64,000 bases of DNA from an uncultured Clostridia bacterium (GTDB taxonomy: Bacteria; Bacillota; Clostridia; TANB77; CAG-508), in NCBI GenBank assembly GCA_934155265.1, contig CAKPGU010000007.1, positions 6,580 through 70,579 on the forward strand, written 5' to 3'. Position 1 is the stretch's first letter. The number at the start of each line of letters is the position of its first letter. Made by a program: the position numbers and the translations under genes. Shown piece after piece: positions 37,512-46,436 of this stretch. The notes under the pieces were generated by a model. The model was not told where the DNA came from and did no database searches. It saw only the letters and a program-made list of their open reading frames with translations.

Positions 37512-39222
37512 AAAAATAAAAAAATTATCAAAAATATTTATTGAAGATTATTTTCAAAAATTAAATATTTATAATAAAGATACCAAAAAAATAAATAAAA
37601 AATCAATATTATTATGGTTAATGATAATTTGTGCATTTATAATTAGTTATTTTAGTTTTAAAGTAATAAATTGGCTTGATACTAGAGGATTAGGTGATAT
37701 ATTTTTAAAAGTGTATTTACCTATAATGGGAGTTATATTTACTTATCAAACTATTTTAATATGTACTAATGTATTTTATTATTCGAAAGATTTAGAATAT
37801 ATTTTACCATTACCAATAAAACCCATTGAATTATTAATTTCAAAATTTATTAATTTAATTACTATAATATATTTTTCTGAATTATTATTTTTAGCAATTC
37901 CATTATTATTTTATGGACTTGTTGTACAACAAACATTATTATATTTTATTAGTATGATATTAGTATTAATATTATTTCCGATTGTTCCAGCAATATTTAT
38001 TAGTATAATAATGTTATTTGTAATGCAATTATCAAAATTAATAAAAAATAAAGATATATTTCAAATAATAATTGTGACAATTTTAACAATGGTGATGACA
38101 ATTGGAATTAATTATATATTAGTATCAACTTTTAATGATGGAATTATTGAAATTAATTCGGAAGAAATTACAGAGGATAATATTCAGGATTTAGCAAAAA
38201 TAAATACAGAAAAAATAAATACAAAATTAGAAAAAATAAATAATGATTTAATATTTATAAATCCATGTATAAATATGTTAAATAATATAAATATATTTAA
38301 TATTATTTTTCAATTGTTTAAATTATTAATATTGGAAATTATATTATTTATTATATTTATTTTCTTTGGAAAAAAATTATATTTAAATAATTTATTAAAA
38401 AATATAGTTTTAGCAAATAGTAAAAAAAATAAAATGAAAAATAAATATAAAAAAAATAAATATAAAAAAAATAAAATAAAAAATTCATATATAAAAAATG
38501 AATTTAGAAAAATAATAAAAAATCCAACATTTTTTATTCAATGTATTTTTCAAAATTTATTTATAATATTTATTTTTTCAATGTTATTAAAATTATTTAT
38601 TCCGATGATTATTGAGGGATTTAAAGATGAAGATGCAATAAGTAAAATTGGAATAGAAAATTTTAAATTACAAATACTTTGCATAGTGATAGGGATTATA
38701 CAAATATTATATACATTTGGAAATTTGGCAATATCAGCAATATCAAGAGAAGGAAAAAATGCTGTTGTTATGAAATATTTACCAGTGGATTTATATAAAC
38801 AATTTATTTATAAAGGCATTCCTTCAATAATAATGAATATTATTGGAAGTATAGCTATAATAGTAACTATATATTTACAATTAGATAATATTCCAATTTA
38901 TTATGGAATAATAGTTTTTATAATTAGTTTGATAATAAATATAATTAATACATATTTTATGATTATTGTTGATTTAAAAAAGCCTAATTTGGATTGGAAT
39001 TCAGAAGCATCAGCTTTAAAAAATAATGGAAATAAATTATATCAATATGTTGTAACAATTTTAATTATTTTATTATTAACTTATTTTACAAAAATATTTA
39101 ATAATGTAAAAATAATAATTTCAATACCAAGTATAATAATTGTATTATTTATGATTTTATTTTTTGAAAAAATATATGTAAAAAGAAATATAAATAAATT
39201 ATTTAAAAATATAATAATTTAG
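37504..39222 (+). CDS. polytopic membrane protein, putative ABC exporter permease partner
   Basis: 572 aa with at least 10 hydrophobic helices and an 8-nt overlap with the ATPase gene. Contains a K/N-rich loop KNKMKNKYKKNKYKKNKIKN. Confidence 0.7.
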   Translation: MIKKIKKLSKIFIEDYFQKLNIYNKDTKKINKKSILLWLMIICAFIISYFSFKVINWLDTRGLGDIFLKVYLPIMGVIFTYQTILICTNVFYYSKDLEYILPLPIKPIELLISKFINLITIIYFSELLFLAIPLLFYGLVVQQTLLYFISMILVLILFPIVPAIFISIIMLFVMQLSKLIKNKDIFQIIIVTILTMVMTIGINYILVSTFNDGIIEINSEEITEDNIQDLAKINTEKINTKLEKINNDLIFINPCINMLNNINIFNIIFQLFKLLILEIILFIIFIFFGKKLYLNNLLKNIVLANSKKNKMKNKYKKNKYKKNKIKNSYIKNEFRKIIKNPTFFIQCIFQNLFIIFIFSMLLKLFIPMIIEGFKDEDAISKIGIENFKLQILCIVIGIIQILYTFGNLAISAISREGKNAVVMKYLPVDLYKQFIYKGIPSIIMNIIGSIAIIVTIYLQLDNIPIYYGIIVFIISLIINIINTYFMIIVDLKKPNLDWNSEASALKNNGNKLYQYVVTILIILLLTYFTKIFNNVKIIISIPSIIIVLFMILFFEKIYVKRNINKLFKNIII

Positions 39223-39257
39223 TATTTAGAATAATAAAAAATATAATAATTTTTTTG

Positions 39258-39288
39258 ACTAGCAAGAAATTTTCTTGTTAGTTTTTTT
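39258..39288 (+). terminator. rho-independent terminator after the ABC genes
   Basis: ACTAGCAAGAAA t TTTCTTGTTAGT followed by TTTTTT. Confidence 0.55.
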
Positions 39289-39373
39289 GTTCTAAAAATT
39301 ATTTAATAATAATATTATTTGATTAGACAAGAAATAGTATATTAAAAATATTTATAAGGGGGAGTTTTATTAT

Positions 39374-39913
39374 ATGAAAAAAAATAAAAAAATATATATT
39401 GCTGTTATTAGCTTTATATTAATAATTTTGCTTGTTATATATACCTATAAAAATATAAGTATACAGAAAAATACTGAGGACGAATATCAAGATTATACAC
39501 CACAAGAAGAAATATCAGATGAACAAATGCGTCAAACAAAAGTTATATTATATTTTGAAAATATTAATAGTGGTGAGTTAGAAGCAGAAACTAAGCTTGT
39601 AGATGCCAATACTTTGATCAAGGAGCCAGAAAAAGAATTAATGAATTTATTAATAAAAGGACCTCAAAGTAGTAATTTAAAAAAATTAATTCCAGAAGGA
39701 ACAGTGGTTCATAATATTACTATAAATAATTCTTGTGCAGAAATAAATGTTTCAAATGAATTTTTAAATTATGGAGATGAAAAAAATAAATTAAAAATAA
39801 TAAATAGTATTGTAAATACATTAACAAATTTAAAAGAAATTAATTCAATTAAATTTTTGATTAATGGAGAGGTTAATAATAACTTGTCTGAAGTTTATTT
39901 AAAAAATAAATAA
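39374..39913 (+). CDS. GerMN-domain (sporulation/germination GerM-like) protein, N-terminally anchored
   Basis: 179 aa. TM, then VILYFENINSGELEAETKLVD...LMNLLIKGPQSSNLKKLIPEGTVVHNITINNSCAEINVSNEF, typical of GerMN domains. Confidence 0.75.
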   Translation: MKKNKKIYIAVISFILIILLVIYTYKNISIQKNTEDEYQDYTPQEEISDEQMRQTKVILYFENINSGELEAETKLVDANTLIKEPEKELMNLLIKGPQSSNLKKLIPEGTVVHNITINNSCAEINVSNEFLNYGDEKNKLKIINSIVNTLTNLKEINSIKFLINGEVNNNLSEVYLKNK

Positions 39914-42297
39914 AATTTAATAATATAGAATTTTATATTATAGACACAATTTCTCATAAAACAAGGTAATATATTTTATAAGATTTATATGAATTAAACA
40001 AAATTAACAGGAAAAAACTTACAGCTCAAAATAAAAAAAGTGAAAAAAATTTAATTAAATATAAATTAATAAGAATATTGTATATTCACGTGTAAATGCT
40101 GATAAATAGAGCACTTTAAGATACACTTATAAATTAAAAATAATTGTAAATGAATATAAAATTTGACTTGCTAATTTGAAGTATAAAAATTATTTATAAA
40201 AATTTTGAACAGTAAAATAAAAAATTTTATTGCAATATTTAAAGAAAATATAAGTATACAAAATAAGGTTGAAAATTAAAATTGATATAATTTTTTGTAA
40301 TCATTTAAAAGCTATTATAAAAAAATAAAAAATTTTACCTTATTAAATTCTAAATAATAAAAATAAATTTAATTAAATCATTATTTAAAATTTAACTAAA
40401 TAATAAAATTTTTTTATTTTATAAATAATTAATTAAATAAAAATAAAAAAATTTCAGATATTATTTTTTATAAATAATATTAAAATATAATTAAAAATAA
40501 AATATATAAAAATAAAATTTTAATATAAAAAATAACAATAAAATTATTTAAAAAATTTATGAAAATAAAAAAATATATTTAATAAAAAATAATTATTAAT
40601 ATAAAATAAAAAAATATTTAAATGATTAATAAAAAACAATTTATTTATTTTATAAAAAAATAAAAATTTAAATATTAAAAATTAATTTTATTAAATTTTA
40701 ATAGAGCAAAAAATTCATAAAAATTTTAATAATGTTTTTTAGAAAATAATAAAATTTAATAATATAGAATTTTATATTGTGGATATAATTTCGTATAAAG
40801 CAGGGTAACGTATTTTATAAGATTAATTGAATTAAATAAAATCAGCAGGAAAAAACTTACAGTTAAAGATAAAAAAGTGAAAAAAATTTAATTAAATATA
40901 AATTAACAAAAATATTATATATCCACTTGTAAATGCTGATAAATACAGCAATTTAAGATATACTTATAAATTTAAAATGATTGTAAATTAATATAAAATC
41001 GGACTTGTAAATTTGAAGTATAAAAAATTATTTATAAAAATTTTGAACAGTAAAATAAAAAATTTTATTGTAATATTTAAAGAAAATATAAGTATGCAAA
41101 ATAAGGTTGAAAATTAAAATTGATATAATTTTTTTGTGATGATTTAAATGTTGCTATAAAAATATAGTAAAAATTGAACTATTAAAATTTAATTAATAAT
41201 GATAAATTTTTTCTATTTAATTAAAATATTATTTGAAATTTAATTAATAATAATTTGAATTTTTTTATTTTATAAATAATTAATTAAATAAAAAAATTTC
41301 AGATATTATTTTTTATAAATAATATTAAAATATAATTAAAAATAAAATATATAAAAATAAAATTTTAATATAAAAAATAACAATAAAATTATTTAAAAAA
41401 TTTATGAAAATAAAAAAATATATTTAATAAAAAATAATTATTAATATAAAATAAAAAAATATTTAAATGATTAATAAAAAACAATTTATTTATTTTATAA
41501 AAAAATAAAAATTTAAATATTAAAAATTAATTTTATTAAATTTTAATAGAGCAAAAAAATTTTAATAATGTTTTTTAGAAAATAATAAAATTTAATAATA
41601 TAGAATTTTATATTGTGGATATAATTTTGTATAAAGTAGGGTAACATATTTTATAAAATTAATATGAATTAAATAAAATGAGCAGGAAAAAAATTACAGT
41701 TCAAAATAAAAAAAGTGAAAAAATTTTAATTAAATATAAATTAACAAGAATATTATATATCCACGTGTAAATGCTGATAAATACAGCACTTTAGGATATA
41801 TTTATAAATTTAAAATGATTGTAAATTAATATAAAATTTGACTTGCAAATTTGAAACATAAAAAATTATTTATAAAGATTTTGAACAGTAAAATAAAAAA
41901 TTTCATTGTAATATTTAAAGAAAATATAAGTATGCAAAATAAGGTTGAAATTTAAAGCTGGTATAATTTTTGGTAATCATTTAAAGGTTGTTATAAAAAT
42001 ATAATAAAAAATTTACCCTTATTAAATTCTAAATAATAAAAATAAATTTAATTAAATCATTATTTAAAATTTAATTAGATAATAAAATTTTTTTATTTTA
42101 TAAATAATTAATTAAATAAAAATAAAAGTAATTTAAATATAATAATAAATAAAATATATAAAAATATATTTAATAAAAATTAAATATTAATATAAAATAA
42201 AAAACGGTTTATTTAGTTTATTAAAAAATAATAATTTAAATATATTAATAAAAAATACTATGTTATTAAAATTAATAGCATAGCATTAAAATTAAAT
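39912..42297. repeat. three head-to-tail ~836-839-bp tandem repeats, ORF-free and extremely AT-rich
   Basis: Unit starts AAAATTTAATAATATAGAATTTTATATT at 39912, 40751 and 41587. 40438-40715 and 41275-41555 look almost identical by eye (two short indels). Unit 3 diverges after ~42120. The track has no ORF of 60 codons or more in any frame across this block. Confidence 0.9.
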
Positions 42298-42540
42298 TTA
42301 TTTAAATAAGTAATATATTTTAATATATTTAATAAAATTACTAAAATTATTTAAAAAATATTCAACATCATTTAGTGAATTACAAGTATTTTTTTTTATT
42401 GCAATAAAATCAAATTTTTTATGAGGATTTTTTTTCTTTTTTGGATTAGGCGGCTTTGGAGGAGGTGGTGCAGGAGGAGGCGGAGGATTAGATCTAGAAT
42501 AATTATAAGAAAAAGGTAAATATTTATTAAATTGATTCAT
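42298..42540 (-). CDS. hypothetical proline-rich small protein (80 aa)
   Basis: ORF track. SNPPPPPAPPPPKPPNPKKKKNP core. Weak RBS, and it abuts the repeat block. Could be spurious. Confidence 0.3.
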   Translation of the reverse strand: MNQFNKYLPFSYNYSRSNPPPPPAPPPPKPPNPKKKKNPHKKFDFIAIKKNTCNSLNDVEYFLNNFSNFIKYIKIYYLFK

Positions 42541-42601
42541 AAAATCACACTCGCTTTTGTTTTTTTATATATTATATGCAAATAATAATGAAATTGTAAA
42601 A

Positions 42602-42630
42602 CCTCATCCTAATATAAAATTAGGATGAGG
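42602..42630. terminator. 12-bp perfect hairpin, bidirectional terminator-like
   Basis: CCTCATCCTAAT ataaa ATTAGGATGAGG. TTGTTTT on the plus side, TTTT on the minus side. Confidence 0.55.
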
Positions 42631-42638
42631 TTGTTTTC

Positions 42639-42806
42639 TCAATCTTTTCCCAAGAAAATTATTACTAGGAAAAAAATAATGAGTATAATCATTAAAACGT
42701 ACCAATACTTTACCAGAAGGTAAAGTACAACGAAAAAACATACAAGGCCTGCTATAACTGGAACTATCTCAGGAAGTAATAATAACATCAAAAGCAGGAA
42801 TGCCAT
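42639..42806 (-). CDS. small hydrophobic membrane protein (55 aa, below the track cut-off)
   Basis: Hand translation: MAFLLLMLLLLPEIVPVIAGLVCFFVVLYLLVKYWYVLMIILIIFFLVIIFLGKD. GAAAGGAG RBS 8 nt before ATG 42806. Followed by the 42602-42630 hairpin. Confidence 0.45.
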   Translation of the reverse strand: MAFLLLMLLLLPEIVPVIAGLVCFFVVLYLLVKYWYVLMIILIIFFLVIIFLGKD

Positions 42807-42926
42807 TGTAAATGCTCCTTTCTGATATATTTTTTTGATTTAATACGATTTACAGCATTATTATACCACAAAATTTGCAAAAATGATAGTATTATGTTAA
42901 AATATTATTGCATAAAAAGGAGAGGA

Positions 42927-43754
42927 ATGAAAATGAGTGGAAAATTATATATAGTAGCGACTCCGATAGGAAATTTAGAAGATATAACTTTAAGAGCTTT
43001 AAATGTTTTAAGAGAAGTTGATGTTATTGCTGCAGAAGATACAAGACAAACTTTAAAACTATTGAATCATTTTGAAATTTCAAAGCCTTTAATTAGTTAT
43101 CATAGGCATAATGAGGATATAAAAAGTAATTTATTAATTGAAAAATTAAATAATGGTGAAAATATAGCATTAGTTTCAGATGCAGGAACACCTGGAATTT
43201 GTGATCCTGGCGAAGAAGTAATAAAAAAATCAATAGAAGAAGGTATTGCAGTAATACCAATTCCTGGAGCTTGCGCAATGATAAATGCATTAATTGCTTC
43301 TGGATTACCTACAAAAGAATTTAATTTTTTAGGTTTTTTACCTTTAAATAAAAAATTAAGAAAAGAAAAATTAAATGAAATAGAAAATTCTGAAAAAACA
43401 ATTATAATTTATGAAGCACCACACAAAATGAAAACTACTTTATTGGATTTAAAAAATATATTAAAAAATAGAAAAATTGTTTTAGCAAGAGAATTAACTA
43501 AAATTCATGAGGAATTTATTAGAAAAGATATTGAGGAATTATTACAAGAAATTGATGACTTAAAAGGGGAAATGATTTTAATTATAGAAGGAAATAAAGT
43601 AGAAGATAAAGAAGAAAATGGATTAAATAATTTATCTTTAGAAGAGCATTATAAATATTATGAAAAACAAGGATTAGATAAAAAAGAAATAATAAAAAAA
43701 ATAGCTAAAGATAGAAATGTAAGTAAAAACGAAATTTATATGAAATTTATTTAA
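42927..43754 (+). CDS. rsmI: 16S rRNA (cytidine1402-2'-O)-methyltransferase RsmI
   Basis: GKLYIVATPIGNLEDITLRAL, AEDTRQT, SDAGTPGICDPG. Start is 42927 or 42933 (AAGGAGAGG RBS). Confidence 0.93.
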   Translation: MKMSGKLYIVATPIGNLEDITLRALNVLREVDVIAAEDTRQTLKLLNHFEISKPLISYHRHNEDIKSNLLIEKLNNGENIALVSDAGTPGICDPGEEVIKKSIEEGIAVIPIPGACAMINALIASGLPTKEFNFLGFLPLNKKLRKEKLNEIENSEKTIIIYEAPHKMKTTLLDLKNILKNRKIVLARELTKIHEEFIRKDIEELLQEIDDLKGEMILIIEGNKVEDKEENGLNNLSLEEHYKYYEKQGLDKKEIIKKIAKDRNVSKNEIYMKFI

Positions 43755-43780
43755 AAAAGGATATCATATGATATCCTTTT
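43755..43780. terminator. bidirectional terminator between rsmI and the abrB-like gene
   Basis: AAAAGGATATCAT ATGATATCCTTTT palindrome flanked by A and T runs. Confidence 0.6.
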
Positions 43781-43782
43781 TA

Positions 43783-44043
43783 TTATTCTTCTTCACTCAT
43801 ATCTATATCAGATAATTTTTGAGCACATTTTGTGCAAACTAATTTATCTTTATAAGAAATTAAATTTTTTGAATTTCCGCAAAAAATACAATTTGGTTCA
43901 TATTTTTTTAATATAATAGAAGAACCGTCTACATATATTTCAATAGGATCTTTTTCAGCAATGTCAAATTTATTTCTAATTTCTATAGGGATAACAACTC
44001 TTCCTAGTTCATCAACTTTTCTAACAATTCCTGTTGATTTCAT
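43783..44043 (-). CDS. abrB: AbrB/SpoVT-family transition-state regulator with C-terminal CxxC...CxxC
   Basis: MKSTGIVRKVDELGRVVIPIEIRNKFDIAEKDPIEIYVDGSSIILKKY (SpoVT-AbrB domain), then CIFCGNSKNLISYKDKLVCTKC. AAGGAGGA RBS. Confidence 0.85.
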   Translation of the reverse strand: MKSTGIVRKVDELGRVVIPIEIRNKFDIAEKDPIEIYVDGSSIILKKYEPNCIFCGNSKNLISYKDKLVCTKCAQKLSDIDMSEEE

Positions 44044-44187
44044 AATTCATCCTCCTTAAACATATAATCAATTCATTATTATGATAACATAGATAATAAA
44101 ATTGGTCAATAAAAATTTCAAAATATTGTAAAAAATATTGTTATATTTTTGCAATTTGTATAATATATATGTAAAGATGGAGGAGAA

Positions 44188-44769
44188 ATGTTAAATATAT
44201 TATGGCCAATTTTTATAATAATATCAATAATTTTTGCGATATTTTCTGGAAATATTGAAGAAATAAATAATTCTATTTTTGAATCTACACAAAGTGCTAT
44301 TAATTTAACATTAACATTACTGGGAGCGACTTGCTTGTGGAGTGGAATAATGGAAATTGCATCCAAAACAGAAATAATAAAAAAATTATCTAAAATATTA
44401 AATAAAATAACAAAAAAATTTTTCTATGATTTAAATTCTGAATCAAAATCTTATAATAATATAATTATGAATATTATTGCTAATATTTTAGGACTAGGGA
44501 ATGCAGCTACTCCATTGGGGTTAAAGGCAATGAGTGAATTACAAAAAGAAAATAATGAAAAAGAAAGATTGTCTGATAATATGATGATGCTTATTGTTCT
44601 AAATACAGCTTCTTTACAAATAATTCCAACTACAGTCATTGCTGTTAGGAGTTCATTAGGTTCAAGTAATCCTACTCAAATAATTGTTCCAGTATGGATT
44701 GCTACAATAGGTGCTGCTTTTGTTGGGATATTTGTTGCTAAAATTATAATTAGAGTTACGAGAAATTGA
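44188..44769 (+). CDS. spmA: spore maturation protein A (nucleoside-recognition/Gate domain)
   Basis: 193 aa. LGLGNAATPLGLKAM and IPTTVIAVR match B. subtilis SpmA. Confidence 0.85.
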   Translation: MLNILWPIFIIISIIFAIFSGNIEEINNSIFESTQSAINLTLTLLGATCLWSGIMEIASKTEIIKKLSKILNKITKKFFYDLNSESKSYNNIIMNIIANILGLGNAATPLGLKAMSELQKENNEKERLSDNMMMLIVLNTASLQIIPTTVIAVRSSLGSSNPTQIIVPVWIATIGAAFVGIFVAKIIIRVTRN

Positions 44770-44779
44770 AAGGAATTTT

Positions 44780-45313
44780 ATGAATGTTATAAATTATATT
44801 TCTACTTTGGCTGTGCCAATTACTATTTTATTTATAATTCTATATGCTGTTAAAGAAAAGATTGAGATATTTGATTTATTTTTAAAGGGAGCTACAGAGG
44901 GGATTGAAATAACTTTGAAAATTTTTCCTACTCTTATTGGATTATTTTTGGCTATAGGAATGCTTAACAGTTCAGGAATATTAGATTTTACGACAATGAT
45001 AATTTCTCCAGTATTAAATTTAATAGGATTTCCAAAAGAAATTGTTCCGTTAGCAATATTACGTCCGATTTCTGGCAGTGCCTCTATGGCAATTGCAACT
45101 AATATTATAAAGCAAAATGGAGTAGATTCTTTTATTGGTATATTAGCAGCTGTTATTATGGGTTCCACAGAAACTACATTATATACAATAGCAGTATATA
45201 CAAGCAGTGTTAAGATAAAAGATACAAGAGGAATAATAATAGCTTGTCTAGCTGCAGATATTACAGGAATAGTGGTTTCTTTTTTTGTCTGTAAATTAAT
45301 AATAGGAATGTAA
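44780..45313 (+). CDS. spmB: spore maturation protein B
   Basis: 177 aa polytopic protein. LRPISGSASMAIA motif. Adjacent to spmA. Confidence 0.85.
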   Translation: MNVINYISTLAVPITILFIILYAVKEKIEIFDLFLKGATEGIEITLKIFPTLIGLFLAIGMLNSSGILDFTTMIISPVLNLIGFPKEIVPLAILRPISGSASMAIATNIIKQNGVDSFIGILAAVIMGSTETTLYTIAVYTSSVKIKDTRGIIIACLAADITGIVVSFFVCKLIIGM

Positions 45314-45371
45314 GGTCGATTTTTGTCGAACGATTTTTCTTGACATATGAAAAAAATGGGTGTACTATAAT
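45314..45371 (+). promoter_or_regulatory. orphan copy of the 0A-box/-35 cassette seen at 5923-5978
   Basis: GGTCGAT (45314), TGTCGAA (45324-45330), 9 nt, TTGACA (45340-45345), 20 nt, TATAAT (45366-45371). TTTGTCGAACGATTTTTCTTGACA differs by 1 nt from the minus-strand sequence at 5971-5947. Confidence 0.35.
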
Positions 45372-45620
45372 GACAGAAAGAAAATTAATTCAAAGATTTT
45401 TTTGTAATAAAGTTTTTAATCTTGTAAAGGAAATAATTAATAATTCCCCATAAATAAAATTTATAAATAATTTCCTTGATTTATATCTTAATAATTATTG
45501 CTAAATTTTTTGATAAAATATTACACTAAGTTTAGGCCCCTAATCCTAATTAGTAATAAATATAATACCCCTAAAAATTATATGATATCAAAATTATTTC
45601 CTTTACAAAACCAATATAAA

Positions 45621-46415
45621 TTATAAAGTAATTAAATTACCTGGACAATCTCTACTTGCAACAGACAGGCTTAATGAATCATTATTAGCATTATTGCTAA
45701 TTAATTCGTCAACTACTGTTTGATAGGCAAGAGCAGGAAAATTACTTTCTTTACTTAAATGCCCAAGCATTGCAGTTTTTAAATTACCGTTTTTTGTTAA
45801 ATATGTAATTGTTTTTCCGGCCATTGTATTAGATAAATGTCCATTTTCACTTGCAATTCTAGATTTTAATTTAAATGGATAAGCACAACATTTTAATACT
45901 TCTGTATCATAATTAGATTCTAATAATATAAATTTACTACCTTCTAATTTATCAACAATTGCTTTAGTCATATGACCAATATCTGTTGCGATACTTATTT
46001 GAGTGTCATTATCTTTTATTATGTTGAATCCGCAAGGATTTGCAGCATCATGAGGTATACTAAAAGGCAAAACTTCTAAATCCTCTATAAAGAATTTTTC
46101 ATTTGGGTTAAAAAAATTAATGTTTTTTTCTGATATTTTTTCTGTTTGTTTTGGCATTGCATCAAATGTTTCTTTTGTAGCAAAAACCGGAATATCAAAT
46201 TTTCTTGATATTGTTGATAATCCCTTTATATGGTCTGCATGTTCATGAGTTACTAAAATAGCATTAATTGAAGAAGGATTAACTTCAATAGAATTTAAAG
46301 CTTCTTCAATTTTCTTACAACTCATACCTGCGTCTACAAGGATTTTTGTATTTTCACTTTCTACAAATAAACTATTTCCACTGCTTCCACTATATAAACT
46401 ACAAAAATTTAGCAT
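45621..46415 (-). CDS. MBL-fold metallo-hydrolase (YycJ/WalJ-like)
   Basis: 264 aa. GSSGNSLFVES, ILVTHEHADHIKG. Confidence 0.85.
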   Translation of the reverse strand: MLNFCSLYSGSSGNSLFVESENTKILVDAGMSCKKIEEALNSIEVNPSSINAILVTHEHADHIKGLSTISRKFDIPVFATKETFDAMPKQTEKISEKNINFFNPNEKFFIEDLEVLPFSIPHDAANPCGFNIIKDNDTQISIATDIGHMTKAIVDKLEGSKFILLESNYDTEVLKCCAYPFKLKSRIASENGHLSNTMAGKTITYLTKNGNLKTAMLGHLSKESNFPALAYQTVVDELISNNANNDSLSLSVASRDCPGNLITL

Positions 46416-46436
46416 ATGTATTTCTTCTTTCTAATG

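Noticed and set aside
38400-38480. Short A-rich tandem DNA repeat (AAAAATAAATATAAAAAAAAT-like) as an independent repeat element
   Set aside because: It is in frame within the ABC permease ORF and simply encodes a Lys/Asn-rich cytoplasmic loop (KNKYKKNKYKKNKIKN). It is noted only as potentially slippage-prone.
40083-40100. parS (Spo0J binding site) inside each tandem-repeat unit, suggested by the CACGTG core
   Set aside because: Only about 10 of 16 positions match TGTTNCACGTGAAACA, the flanks are not palindromic, and unit 2 has CACTTG. Too weak to call; kept only as a hypothesis inside the repeat finding.
39912-42297. Possible CRISPR array, suggested by regular repeats in non-coding DNA
   Set aside because: The period is ~838 bp, not 25-40-bp repeats with unique spacers. 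Whole units including the would-be spacers are homologous. No cas genes occur in the window.
45369-45452. 27-codon ORF (MTERKLIQRFFCNKVFNLVKEIINNSP) downstream of the orphan promoter cassette
   Set aside because: Its ATG overlaps the predicted -10 hexamer, so it would lie upstream of the transcription start. No RBS. Too short to support.
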